Numbered from the whole stretch's first letter, positions 13,275-25,585 are shown. The stretch is DNA of 63,968 nt, filler included, from Vicugna vicugna (GCA_013265495.1; 78 parts of 75 records of this genome joined end to end with filler, not necessarily neighbours in it), one strand, 5' to 3'. Translations and numbers: made by a program. Notes: a model not told the origin generated them from the sequence alone.

Positions 13275-13981
13275 AACACGGAATATCATATAGAAGGGAT
13301 CTATTCAAATTACATATCTATTTGGTAGAAATCGCACCAAGAGATTTTTGGGGGATAAAAGTTTGATTCTTGAAACTGGTGAAAGGAAAAAGTTACGAAG
13401 TCAAAATAAATATATCAGAGTGCATAGGTAAAATGTTTGGTGTTTGAAATATCACTCATGTGCATGTTTACAACTCAGATATTCATGTTTGAGGAATCCG
13501 TGATGCATGATCATGTTCAGAATAAGGAATGCCGTGGTTATGTAAACAATGTAAATTACATGTGTATTGGTGAGAATTTGCTCAAAGAGGGTTTTCCGGT
13601 GCCAAATGTCCGATTTTAGAACCTGGTGATAGGAAAAACCTATGAAGTCAGAGTAAACATTTCTAAGTGTATATACGCCTTGTTTGGTGGATGAAAGGTT
13701 AGTAATCCACATGCACACAAGTCAGAAAAGCATGATTGCCGAATCCGTCGTGCATGTAGTATAAACGGAACCCGGAATGCCATGTTGATGGAATTCATGT
13801 AAATTACATATCTGTTAGGTGGAAATCGCTCCAGAACATTTTTTGTGTGAAAAATGCATGAAATAGAACCTGGTGTCAGGGAAATTTTGTGAAAATGTGT
13901 ACACGTGACTAGATGAAAATATTCCTTTTATTAATTCAGATGCCCTCAACTCTGGAATGTTGTTTGGCAAATCCGTCATGT
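13275..13981 (-). repeat. Satellite family B
   Basis: Nearly one full trimer, reverse complement. Confidence 0.94.
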
Positions 13982-14081
13982 NNNNNNNNNNNNNNNNNNN
14001 NNNNNNNNNNNNNNNNNNNNNNNNNTTAATTAATTAANNNNNNNNNNNNNNNNNNNNNNNNNNNNNNNNNNNNNNNNNNNN

Positions 14082-14792
14082 AAAACCCTCTTGGAGCGAA
14101 TACTACCCTAGAGATATTTAATTTGATTAGATTCAATCTACATGATATTCCGAGTTCATACATGCTACATGTATGACGGATTCGACAAACATGCATTCCT
14201 GAGTTGAGGGCATGTGGATGACTGATCTTTCATATGACTGATCTTTCATTCTCTATAAAAGGAATATTTTCATCTAGACATGTGTACTCATTTTCACAAT
14301 ATTTCACTAAAACCAGTTTCGAATTCGTGCATTTTTCACAGATAAATACTTCTGGAGCGTTTTCCACCTAACAGATATGTAATTTACATGAATTCCATCC
14401 ACATGGCATTCCGGATTTCATACATGCTGCATGCAGACTGATTCGGCAATCATGCGTTTCTGCCTTGTGAGCATGTCGATTACTGACCTTTCATCATCCG
14501 AACAAGGCGAATATAGACTTAGACACATTAACTCTGACTTCATAGGTTTTTCCTATCACCAGGTTCTAAAATCGGACATTTGGCACCAGAAATCACTCTT
14601 TGAGCGAATTCTCACCAATACACCTGTAGTTTACATTGTTTACATTACCATGGCATTCCGTATTATGAACATGTTTCATGCATCACGGAATCCTCAAACT
14701 TGAATTTCTGAGAGATTAATCAAAATTTCTGAGTTGTGAACATGTGTCTGACTTAAGTTTCAAACACCCAACAAGTTACCTATGCACTTTGA
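14082..14792 (+). repeat. Satellite family B
   Basis: Nearly one full trimer with two small internal duplications. Confidence 0.94.
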
Positions 14793-14892
14793 NNNNNNNN
14801 NNNNNNNNNNNNNNNNNNNNNNNNNNNNNNNNNNNNTTAATTAATTAANNNNNNNNNNNNNNNNNNNNNNNNNNNNNNNNNNNNNNNNNNNN

Positions 14893-16093
14893 CACGCGCT
14901 GCCGACGGTTGGTGGAACCTCCCCACAGTCAGGATTCCAGAACCATTTTCAGAGCTTGGGGAAGCTCGAGAGACAACTCCACGCAGCTCTCTCCAGTCAC
15001 AGGTGTTCCCTGTCCGGGGAAGTCCGAGAAATATCTTCCCTGAACGGGGGAGGCAACCTCGGACACTGGGATATCCTGCAATCACCCCTAGCATTCCCTG
15101 GCACAGAGACATTAGGAAAACCCTCAGGAGAGATAGCATTTCGTTAGAACTCCCGCGCTGCCTACCGTTGGTGGAACCTCCCCACGCTCAGGATTCCGGA
15201 ACCATTTTCAGTGCGTGGGGGAGCTCGAGATAAAACTCCACGCAGCTCTCTTCAGTAACAGGTTTTCCCTGTTTGGGGAATTCCGAGAAATACATTCCCT
15301 GAACTTGGGGAGGCAGCCTCGGTCACTGGAATATCCTGCAATCACCCCTAGCATTCCCTGGCACAGAGACATTAGGAAAACCCTCAGGGGAGACGAGCTT
15401 AGGCATTCCGTTAGAACACACGCGCTGCCGACCGTTGGTGGAACCTCTCNNNNNNNNNNNNNNNNNNNNNNNNNNNNNNNNNNNNNNNNNNNNNNNNNNN
15501 NNNNNNNNNNNNNNNNNNNNNNNNNNNNNNNNNNNNNNNNNNNNNNNNNNNNNNNNNNNNNNNNNNNNNNNNNNNNNNNNNNNNNNNNNNNNNNNNNNNN
15601 NNNNNNNNNNNNNNNNNNNNNNNNNNNNNNNNNNNNNNNNNNNNNNNNNNNNNNNNNNNNNNNNNNNNNNNNNNNNNNNNNNNNNNNNNNNNNNNNNGCT
15701 TGCTCAGTATTCCGGAACCATTGTCAGTGCTTGGGGGAGCTCGAGAGACAACTCCCGCAGCTGTCTTCAGTCACAGTTTTTTCCCTGTTCGGGGAAGTCT
15801 AAGAAATACCTTCCCTGAAATTGGGGAGGCAGCCTCGGTCACTGGGATATCCTGCAATCACCCCTAGCATTCCCTGGCACAGAGACATTAGGAAAACCCT
15901 CAGGGGAGACGAGCTTAGGCATTCCGTTAGAACCCACGCGCTGCCGACCGTTGGTGGAACCTCCCCACGCTCAGGAATCCGGAACCATTGTCAGTACGTG
16001 GGGGAGCTCGATAGACAAATCCCCGCAGCTGTCTTCAGTCACAGTTTTTTCCCTGTTCGGGGAAGTCCAAGAAATACCTTCCCTGAAATTGGG
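14893..16093 (+). repeat. Satellite family A (internal gap)
   Basis: Repeated ATATCCTGCAATCACCCCTAGCATTCCCTGGCACAGAG. Confidence 0.96.
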
Positions 16094-16317
16094 NNNNNNN
16101 NNNNNNNNNNNNNNNNNNNNNNNNNNNNNNNNNNNNNTTAATTAATTAANNNNNNNNNNNNNNNNNNNNNNNNNNNNNNNNNNNNNNNNNNNNCAGAATA
16201 GCTGAGCATATGTTATATTTCTTTTCCTGAAGAAAATTCTTATTTTTCAGATCCTCTTGAAAAATTAACAACACAGAATTGGAAAACAGCACTCATCTAA
16301 AGATACTCTGTGGCCTC

Positions 16318-16412
16318 ACTGAGGAAAGAGAAATTCAGAGATATCAGTTAAGTGGCAGAGCCAGGATCTGGATCTGGACCTATTAAATTCCAAACTCCGT
16401 GTACTAACTATT
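16318..16412 (-). mobile_element. MIR SINE fragment
   Basis: GAGGAAA..CAGAGA..TAAGTGGCAGAGCCAGGAT..TCCAAA..CCGTG..TAACTA resembles antisense MIR as recalled. Confidence 0.55.
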
Positions 16413-16439
16413 TTCCCACATTACAGATTTCCGTGGTCT

Positions 16440-16512
16440 GGCATGCATTAACAAAAAGGCTTCTGTGCTAGAAGTCAATAGATTTGTGTTCAAGCCTGGA
16501 CACTGCCACTCC
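16440..16512 (+). mobile_element. MIR SINE 5' fragment (head-to-head with the previous one)
   Basis: GAAGTCAATAGATTTGTGTTCAAGCCTGGACACTGCCACT resembles the MIR B-box region. Confidence 0.5.
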
Positions 16513-16726
16513 CTGTCTTTCCATTTTGGGTGTCTTCATGAGAAACAATACAGAAGCCTTGATACCTGTCAGCTGAGAGCTGGCCTGACACAGCGAGACA
16601 GTGGTGTTCTCCAACTGAACATGAAANNNNNNNNNNNNNNNNNNNNNNNNNNNNNNNNNNNNNNNNNNNNTTAATTAATTAANNNNNNNNNNNNNNNNNN
16701 NNNNNNNNNNNNNNNNNNNNNNNNNN

Positions 16727-17476
16727 CGGCAGCGCGTGGGTTCTAACGGAATGCCTACGTTCGTCTCCCCTTAGGGTTTTTCTAATGTCCTGTGCCACGG
16801 AATGCTAGGGGTGATTGCAGGATATCCCAGTGTCAGAGGCTGCCTCCCCAAGTTCAGGGAATGTATTTCTCGAACTTCCCCGAACAGGGAACACCTGTGA
16901 CTGAAGAGAGCTGCGTGCAGTNNNNNNNNNNNNNNNNNNNNNNNNNNNNNNNNNNNNNNNNNNNNNNNNNNNNNNNNNNNNNNNNNNNNNNNNNNNNNNN
17001 NNNNNNNNNNNNNNNNNNNNNNNNNNNNNNNNNNNNNNNNNNNNNNNNNNNNNNNNNNNNNNNNNNNNNNNNNNNNNNNNNNNNNNNNNNNNNNNNNNNN
17101 NNNNNNNNNNNNNNNNNNNNNNNNNNNNNNNNNNNNNNNNNNNNNNNNNNNNNNNNNNNNNNNNNNNNNNNNNNNNNNNNNNNNNNNNNNNNNNNNNNNN
17201 NNNNNNNNNNNNNNNNNNNNNNNNNNNNNNNNNNNNNNNNNNNNNNNNNNNNNNNNNNNNNNNNNNNNNNNNNNNNNNNNNNNNNNNNNNNNNNNNNNNN
17301 NNNNNNNNNNNNNNNNNNNNNNNNNNNNNNNNNNNNNNNNNNNNNNNNNNNNNNNNNNNNGGCTGCATCAATCAGGGAAGGTAATTATCGGACTTCCCCG
17401 AACAGTGAACTCGTGTGACTGAAGAGAGCTTCGTGGAGTAGTCTCTCGTGCTCCCCCACGCACTGACAATGGTTCC
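16727..17476 (-). repeat. Satellite family A (internal gap)
   Basis: CGGCAGCGCGTGGGTTCTAACGGAATGCC and GTGACTGAAGAGAGCT. Confidence 0.95.
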
Positions 17477-17576
17477 NNNNNNNNNNNNNNNNNNNNNNNN
17501 NNNNNNNNNNNNNNNNNNNNTTAATTAATTAANNNNNNNNNNNNNNNNNNNNNNNNNNNNNNNNNNNNNNNNNNNN

Positions 17577-18504
17577 AGGCACTGCTGTCATTTGGAGGAG
17601 CCTGCCCACACTAAGGATAGCGGAACTCCTCTCGGTGTGTGTGCTAAAGTTGGGGAAATATTGTCCTCTCATCATATAGGGGGCAAAGTTATTTCCAGGT
17701 TGTGGTATGTAAGTTAAAGTTCTCCACATCAAATGGAGGGGCACTCGTTATTACTTGGCTTAAGAGCCCAAACCCCAAATTACCCCGCATTCCGTTCTAG
17801 GCAAGCCATCAGGGAAAACCAGCTAAGGAATTCTATTAGAAGCCAGGCACTGCTGTCATTTGGAGGAGCCTCCCCACACTAAATATAGCAGAAAACCTCT
17901 CCTTGTGTGTGTTGAAGTTGGGGTAAAATTGTCCTCGCATCTTACAGGGGGCAAAGGTCTTCCCAGGTTGTGGCATGTAGGATAAAGATCTCCTCATCAA
18001 ATGGATAGGCACTCGCTAATACTTGGCTTAAGAGCCCAAACCCCAAATTACCCCGCACTCCTTTCTAGGCATTACCCTGCCCTCCTTTCTAGGCAATGCA
18101 ACAGGGAAACCAAGGTAAATGATTCAATTTGAGGCCAGTAGCTGCTGTCAGCTGGAGGATCTTCCACAAACTCAGGAATTCTGAATGCAGCCTTTTGTTG
18201 GGGGTGTTTTGGAGCCCCACTCCACGCAGATTATTGGGGGTGCATGTGTTCCCCGTAGGGGGAACTCCTCTTAGTATTACTTCAGTCCATCAGTGGGCAC
18301 TTGCTGCTACTTGCCCTCGAAGCCCAACCTGTAACTCTCCCTCGCTGCCCGGCCTAGGGAAACACTCAGGGAATACAAGCTAAGGGATTCTATTCGAACC
18401 CAGGAGCTGCTGTCTTTGGAGGATCCTCCCCACACTCAGAAAGCCAGAACACGTCTTCATGTGTGTGCTGGAGGTGGGGAAAGAGACCCCACGCATCTTT
18501 ATGG
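17577..18504 (+). repeat. Satellite family D, ~3.5 monomers
   Basis: AGGCACTGCTGTCATTTGGAGGAGCC at 17577 and 17845 (268 bp apart); more diverged copies near 18140 and 18402. Confidence 0.9.
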
Positions 18505-19628
18505 NNNNNNNNNNNNNNNNNNNNNNNNNNNNNNNNNNNNNNNNNNNNTTAATTAATTAANNNNNNNNNNNNNNNNNNNNNNNNNNNNNNNNNNNNNNNN
18601 NNNNAGAACACACCACTATCTATGAAGTAGTTTTGTGGCTTGAGATACATAGATAAAGAGTCACTATAGATTAAGCATGGATATGGACAAAGACATAGAG
18701 ACAGATACACAATTTTCCTGCATTTCTACAAGTTGGTGCTTAGATTCAGAGGCTTGAACAAACTTAACCTCTCTCATTCAAAAGTACTTCTTAAATAAAC
18801 TAAGAATAATATCAATTATTTAATTATAGTGATTGAATTTATTTATTATATGCTCTTATGCTGACAAATACAAGTTTAAAATGTATAATTTTTTAAGTTG
18901 TGTAATAATTAATTTTACTCAACTGGGCAGATCATATATGAACCTAAACTTGCAATTTTTTTATGATTAACTCTGTTCATGATCACATTCTGTCATAATT
19001 TCAGTTGGCCATCTAGGGTAGACATGTACATATACACTGTATCAAGGAGTGTCTTTGCTGGAAATGTCAAATACTGGTAATCATGGTATTTAATGTGAAC
19101 AATGTGTCTTATTCTACTACTCAGTTTGTATGCAAATTATTTCTTATGTTAATATTAAAGGATAAGGAAAATTGAAGGAAATTGACAAGGAGATTGGAGA
19201 CTAAAGAAGCCATGTAGCTTTCTCAACATTACTTAATTATGGAGGTACTAAAATGTAGTTCTGTTTGACTCCCATGCCCCTATTTTTAGTCACAAAGATT
19301 AACTTATCCTAAGTGCTAAAGTTAATTTCAGTGACAAGTGACATAAGAGAACCAACTTGAACATTAAACAAAGTTCTCCTTGCCTTAACACTCAATATGT
19401 TTTAAGATGACCTGATTATTTCAAGTAATACCTACACACTCACTGTATTACTTGGCTTTTCTGTTCCTGCATATTTACCCAAAAGAAATGAAAACATCTT
19501 TCCACATCAGAACATGAACAAACCAAAANNNNNNNNNNNNNNNNNNNNNNNNNNNNNNNNNNNNNNNNNNNNTTAATTAATTAANNNNNNNNNNNNNNNN
19601 NNNNNNNNNNNNNNNNNNNNNNNNNNNN

Positions 19629-20065
19629 GTCATAGATTTCTGCCTAACAGATTTAGGTAAATTCTTTTCTTTTCGAAGTCCTTAAAATACCTTGAGATTC
19701 CTATACCTGCTAAGAGACGGTCTTCTTAATTTATCTGATAGAGCCACTGGGGACCTAAAAGTTTTTAGTCTCTTGAGGGATCAGATAGAGAGAAAAGATA
19801 ATACTTCTAAGTCTGCTTACATAGGTATATTTTATCAAATTGCTGTGAATCATAACTAGTTTAAGGAGAATAGTTTCTTTATTTCTGGGAAACAGGTTAA
19901 AAGCCAGTAGTATTTCAGACAAAATCAAAAATTATAACCATATTCATCACATCACTTTACTCAGTCCCACGTAACTAATTCTTTTAATTAGAGTTTTCAC
20001 TAGACCTTTAAAATTTCTTACCCAGTTTATTTCAGTGCTATACTTTGAAATTTATTAGAAATCAG
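19629..20065 (-). mobile_element. Probable ERV1 (MER4-group-like) internal non-coding fragment
   Basis: GGTATATTTTATCAAATTGCTGTGAATCATAACTAG..GTTTCTTTATTTCTGGAAA resembles AT-rich MER4-group internal sequence as recalled. Confidence 0.45.
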
Positions 20066-20165
20066 NNNNNNNNNNNNNNNNNNNNNNNNNNNNNNNNNNN
20101 NNNNNNNNNTTAATTAATTAANNNNNNNNNNNNNNNNNNNNNNNNNNNNNNNNNNNNNNNNNNNN

Positions 20166-20984
20166 AGAGACAACTCCACGCAGCTCTCTTCAGTCACAGG
20201 AGATCCATGTACGGGGAAGTTCGAGAAATATCTTCCCTGACCTTGGGAAGGCAGCCTCGGTCACTGGGATATCCTGCAATCACCCCTAGCATTCCCTGGC
20301 AGAGAGACATTAGGAAAACCCTCAGGGGAGACGAGCTTAGGCATTCCGTTAGAACNNNNNNNNNNNNNNNNNNNNNNNNNNNNNNNNNNNNNNNNNNNNN
20401 NNNNNNNNNNNNNNNNNNNNNNNNNNNNNNNNNNNNNNNNNNNNNNNNNNNNNNNNNNNNNNNNNNNNNNNNNNNNNNNNNNNNNNNNNNNNNNNNNNNN
20501 NNNNNNNNNNNNNNNNNNNNNNNNNNNNNNNNNNNNNNNNNNNNNNNNNNNNNNNNNNNNNNNNNNNNNNNNNNNNNNNNNNNNNNNNNNNNNNNNNNNN
20601 NNNNNNNNNNNNNNNNNNNNNNNNNNNNNNNNNNNNNNNNNNNNNNACGCTCAGGATTCCGGAACCGTTGTCAGTGCGTGGGGGAGCTCGAGAGACAACT
20701 CCACGCAGCTCTCTTCAGTCACAGGTGTTCCCTGTTCGGGAAAGCCCGAGAAATACATTCCCTGTCCTTTGGGAGGCAGCCTCGGTCACTGGGATATCCT
20801 GCAATCACCCCTAGCATTCCCTGGCACAGAGACATTAAGAAAAACTTCAGAAGAGACGAGCTTAGGCATTCCGTTAGAACTCAAGCACTGCCGACCGTTG
20901 GTGGAACATCCCCACGCTCAGGACTTCAGAAACGTTGTCAGTGCGTGAGGGAGCTCGAGAGACAACTGCACGAAGCTCTCTTCA
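20166..20984 (+). repeat. Satellite family A (internal gap)
   Basis: GAGACAACTCCACGCAGCTCTCTTCAGTCACAGG recurs. Confidence 0.95.
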
Positions 20985-21725
20985 NNNNNNNNNNNNNNNN
21001 NNNNNNNNNNNNNNNNNNNNNNNNNNNNTTAATTAATTAANNNNNNNNNNNNNNNNNNNNNNNNNNNNNNNNNNNNNNNNNNNNGTAGATGAAGGGATTT
21101 TAAAAAGCAGAAAGGAGTGATTTCAGGTGGTACATCCACACCGGTGAGAAGTGATATGACCGCCTTTGTGAGGCATAGACAGAGTCTTACAAACTTCATA
21201 AAATAACTTTAAAAGCTCTTCCATCTGAGTGCACTTCACATGGGGTCTAATTCATCAATGGTCACACTGAGACGGCAAATAATTGATGATGGCAGAAAGG
21301 ACACGGAGGCATCAAAAAGGTCTCTGTAATTTTCCCTTTTTAAAAGATGCGGCAGTGTTATATATTTGAGCTGGTTTTTCACTGAACAATTTTTAGTGTT
21401 TTCTGGGACTCCCCAGTGCCCCAAACTTCCGTGCAGCTGGGTGTCCCCTCAGTGCAGCTCTGTCAGCGCTTGCCCTGGGCTGACGTGGTGTCACGGGGAG
21501 CAGGACGGTCAGCGTCCCCGGCTCCTCCGAGCTCCGTCTCCTCATCCGCAGCGCCGGGGTTCTCATCCGTGTTTACTTAATAGGGTTGCTGAGAATCACA
21601 CGTGATGCTTGTCAGGTGTGATTTGTGGTTGTCTCTGTGATTGGCATATAGTCAATATTTGATAGAAACACTTGTTTTTTTTAGTATAATTGTAGCACCT
21701 TGATTGCAGTGGTTTTAAGTCTGCA

Positions 21726-21860
21726 TTTTTTTTAATAACTTTACTCTTGTTTTTCAATATGCACTTATTTTTATTTATTTTTTTGGAGGTACTGGGGACT
21801 GAAGCCAGGACATTGTGCATGCTAAGCAGATGCTCTACAACTAAGTAATACCCACCCTCC
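21726..21860 (-). mobile_element. tRNA-derived SINE, camelid vic-1-like, with A-rich tail and probable target-site duplication
   Basis: Minus strand reads GGAGGGTGGGTATTACTTAGTTGTAGAGCATCTGCTTAGCATGCACAATGTCCTGGCTTCAGTCCCCAGTACCTCC followed by an AAAT-rich tail; decayed A and B boxes; GTCTGCA flanks both sides (21719-21725, 21863-21869). Confidence 0.85.
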
Positions 21861-22096
21861 TTGTCTGCACTTTAAAATAAATATTGCAATACACAAAATA
21901 TCTCTTAAACACCCTCATGGGATCTAGTATCTGTATAGACAGTTGAAAACATATGCTATTTCAATAAGAATAAATGTTGTTGGGACATACATTTCCNNNN
22001 NNNNNNNNNNNNNNNNNNNNNNNNNNNNNNNNNNNNNNNNTTAATTAATTAANNNNNNNNNNNNNNNNNNNNNNNNNNNNNNNNNNNNNNNNNNNN

Positions 22097-22584
22097 TTCA
22101 TCAACAGATGATTGGATAAAGAAGCTGTGGTATATATATATATGCAGTGGAATACTACTCAGCCATGAAAAAGAACGAAATAATGCCATTTGCAGCAACA
22201 TGATGAATCTGGAGGTTATCATACTAAATGAAGTAAGTCAGAAAGAGAAAGCAGTATCATATGTTATCACTTATATGTGGAATCTAAAAATAATGGCACA
22301 AATGAACTTATTTACAAAACAGAGAGAGACTCACAGACACAGAAAACAAACTTATGGTTACCAGAGGGAGAAGAGAGTAGAGGGATAAACTGGGAGTTTG
22401 GGATTTGCAGATACTAACTACTGCATATAAAACAGACAAACAACAAGGTCCTACTGTATAGAACAACTGTAATAGCCTATAATGAAGAAGAATATGAAAA
22501 GGATATACTATATGTGTGTGTAACTGAATCACTATGATGTACACCAGAAATTAACACACCATTGTAAACCGACTATACTTCAAT
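22097..22584 (+). mobile_element. L1 LINE 3' end (ORF2 C-terminus plus 3'UTR), cetartiodactyl/camelid type
   Basis: GGAATACTACTCAGCCATGAAAAAGAA..ATTTGCAGCAACATG; ORF remnant NLEVIILNEVSQKEK; ends TTGTAAACCGACTATACTTCAAT just before the expected poly-A. Confidence 0.92.
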
Positions 22585-22684
22585 NNNNNNNNNNNNNNNN
22601 NNNNNNNNNNNNNNNNNNNNNNNNNNNNTTAATTAATTAANNNNNNNNNNNNNNNNNNNNNNNNNNNNNNNNNNNNNNNNNNNN

Positions 22685-23060
22685 CCAAAAGAAGATATAC
22701 AAATGGCCAACAAGCATATGAAAGAAGCTTAATATCAGGGAAGCGCAATCCAAAACCACAAGGATATGCCACTTCAGAAACATGAGGACGACTATCATCA
22801 AGAAGACAGACGATGACAGGTGTTGGCTATAATGTCGAGATAAATTGGAACCCTCGTAGTCTGCTAGTGGAAATATGTAAAACGGTGCAGCCACTTTGGA
22901 AGCAGTCTGGAGTTTCTAAAAAGGCCAACCATTGAGTTTCCTTATAACCCAGCCATGACAATCTAAGGTATGCAGCTGTGAGAAATAAAACCTAGATCCC
23001 CAAAAAACTGGTTTACAAATGTTCACAGCAAAATTATTCCTAATAGAAAAATACAAATTG
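22685..23060 (+). mobile_element. Older L1 ORF2 3' fragment
   Basis: CCAAAAGAAGATATACAAATGGCCAACAAGCATATGAAA..AAAACCACAA..TGGAACCCTCGT..GGTGCAGCCACTTTGGAA. Confidence 0.85.
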
Positions 23061-23089
23061 TGTGGACACCAGTTCAGGTATCCTGTCTC

Positions 23090-23277
23090 CATCCTGAGTC
23101 GCAGCCCCGCCCCCAGACCACAGGAGCCAATCCGCGCGCTCGCTGCCAGGACAGGCCCCACCCCAGAGCCCTCCACGGCCTCGCCCCTCCTTCCGCCTAC
23201 CGGCTCGCCAGTTGGCAGTAGGCAGTTGGTGTGAGCGGCCGTAGTTTCAGAAGCTCCGCGGCTCCTCCGAGGCGGCA
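23090..23277. promoter_or_regulatory. CpG-island-like, promoter-like fragment
   Basis: Abrupt GC/CpG-rich segment with GC box CCCCGCCCCC (23105-23114), CCAAT (23127-23131) and CGCGCG; cut off by the scaffold end. Confidence 0.5.
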
Positions 23278-23429
23278 NNNNNNNNNNNNNNNNNNNNNNN
23301 NNNNNNNNNNNNNNNNNNNNNTTAATTAATTAANNNNNNNNNNNNNNNNNNNNNNNNNNNNNNNNNNNNNNNNNNNNCTTTTCCAACTGCACAGCATTCA
23401 TTCATCCACATGAACCAGAAAGTGTGGAC

Positions 23430-23849
23430 CCCATCCCCTCTCCATCAACATTAGTGTCACTTTAATTCCGACTGTTTCAACCAATGCTGTGATGAACACC
23501 CTTGAAAAGACATCTTTGAGTTGGTGTTTAATGGTTTTAGTGGGATGAACTGTACGGATCAGAACTTCTGGGGAAGAGATGCATCTGTGGCCCTTTGATG
23601 CGTCCTGCACACTGTTCTCCTGAAGAGGAGCGTCCGTTCACTCTTCCCTCCAGGGGATCTGCTGGAGCCTCTGCCTGCTTACATTGTCACCAGGGCTGGT
23701 TGTCACCTGACTAACGACCCGCCAGTGTGATGGTGAATGACCTGTGCTGTCTCTGCAGTGTTTCCCTCTGCCTGTGTTCTCACCTGAGAGGTCAAGCATT
23801 TCTAACACACTGGCCACCTGCATTGCCTCTCATTGGAACTGCCCATGTC
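23430..23849 (-). mobile_element. Ancient L1 (L1ME-like) 3' ORF2 fragment
   Basis: AATGCTGTGATGAACACCCTTG..CATCTTTG..GAGGTCAAGCATTT..TGGCCACCTGCATTGCCTCT..AACTGCCCATGTC follows the antisense L1 motif order. Confidence 0.55.
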
Positions 23850-24498
23850 NNNNNNNNNNNNNNNNNNNNNNNNNNNNNNNNNNNNNNNNNNNNTTAATTA
23901 ATTAANNNNNNNNNNNNNNNNNNNNNNNNNNNNNNNNNNNNNNNNNNNNTAGCTCTGCCGTTATTAGAAATGGCGGTCATGTGGCATAGGCTACTCTAGA
24001 TGGCAGCATTATGCCATTTAGGATATGGTATATGTCGTGGCACTCCTCCCTGTCCTGCAATATTGCTGCCGAGATATCAGCTGAAACCCCTCTGGAGGTT
24101 CTCTTGTGATTATGTTGCTTTCCACCAGGCGCATTTTAAATCACTGGGATNNNNNNNNNNNNNNNNNNNNNNNNNNNNNNNNNNNNNNNNNNNNNNNNNN
24201 NNNNNNNNNNNNNNNNNNNNNNNNNNNNNNNNNNNNNNNNNNNNNNNNNNNNNNNNNNNNNNNNNNNNNNNNNNNNNGTCTGAGTTTAGGTAAAATTTCA
24301 GACATTATTTTTTTCTCTTTATCTCTTGTTTTCCATCTGGGACTCTTACGAATCCTAGACTTTCATGTCTTTTCTTACCCCAGGATTCAACAGCAATGNN
24401 NNNNNNNNNNNNNNNNNNNNNNNNNNNNNNNNNNNNNNNNNNTTAATTAATTAANNNNNNNNNNNNNNNNNNNNNNNNNNNNNNNNNNNNNNNNNNNN

Positions 24499-25485
24499 AT
24501 GTAATTTACATTGTTTACATAACCCTGGCATTCCGTAGACCAAAAATGTTTCATGCAACACGGATTCCTCAAACATACATTTCTGAGTTGTGAACATGTG
24601 CATGACTGATGTTTCAACCATAACAAGTTACCTATGCAGTTTGAAATAACTAATTGGTCTTTGTAGATTCTACCTTTCACTAGGTTCAAGAATCACACTT
24701 TTATCTCAGAAAAACTCTCTTGGAGTGAATTCTACCCTAGAGATATTTAATTTGAATTGATTCAATCTACATGATATTCCGTGTTCCGTACATAATTCAT
24801 GCATGACGGATTCGAGAAACTGGCATTCCTGAGTTGAGAGCATGTGGATTACTGACCTTTCATCCACCAAGCAATGCATATATACTCTTTGAAATATTTA
24901 CTCTTACCTCATAGGTTTTTTGTATCTCCAGGTTCTAAAATCGGATATTTGGCACCAGAAACCACTCTTTGTGTGCATTCTAACCAAAACTTTTGTAATT
25001 TAAATTGTTTACATAAGCATGGCGTTCCGTATTCCGAAAATTTTTCATACAACACGGATTCCTCAAACATGCATTTCTGAGTTGTGAACATGCGCATGAC
25101 ACATGTTTCAACCATAACAAGTTACCTATGCACTTTGAAATATTTACTTAGTCTTCGTAGATTCTTCCTATCACTAGGTTCAAAGATCCCAGAAAAAACC
25201 TCTTGGAACGAATTCTACCCTAGAGATATTTAATTTGAATGGATTCCATCAATATTATAATCCGTATTCCGTACATGCTACATGCATAACGGTGTCGACA
25301 AACATGCATTCTTGAGTTGAGAGCATGTGGATTTGTGATCTTTCTTCCTCTATAAAAGGAATATTTTCATCTAGACATGTGTACCAATTTTCACAATCTT
25401 TTCCTAACATCAGTTTCGAACTCGTGCATTTTTCACAGAGAAATACTTCTGGAGCGATTTCCACCAAACAGATATGTAATTTACA
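24499..25485 (+). repeat. Satellite family B, containing a dimeric (494-bp) variant unit
   Basis: Monomer-1 starts at 24525 and 25019. Confidence 0.93.
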
Positions 25486-25585
25486 NNNNNNNNNNNNNNN
25501 NNNNNNNNNNNNNNNNNNNNNNNNNNNNNTTAATTAATTAANNNNNNNNNNNNNNNNNNNNNNNNNNNNNNNNNNNNNNNNNNNN

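Noticed and set aside
13275..14792. Apparent inverted arrangement of satellite blocks (and similar strand flips elsewhere)
   Set aside because: The blocks lie on separate scaffolds joined by the spacer, so orientation and adjacency are arbitrary
21785..21860. tRNA-like sequence on the minus strand
   Set aside because: Decayed A/B boxes, an A-rich tail and a target-site duplication indicate a SINE, not a tRNA gene
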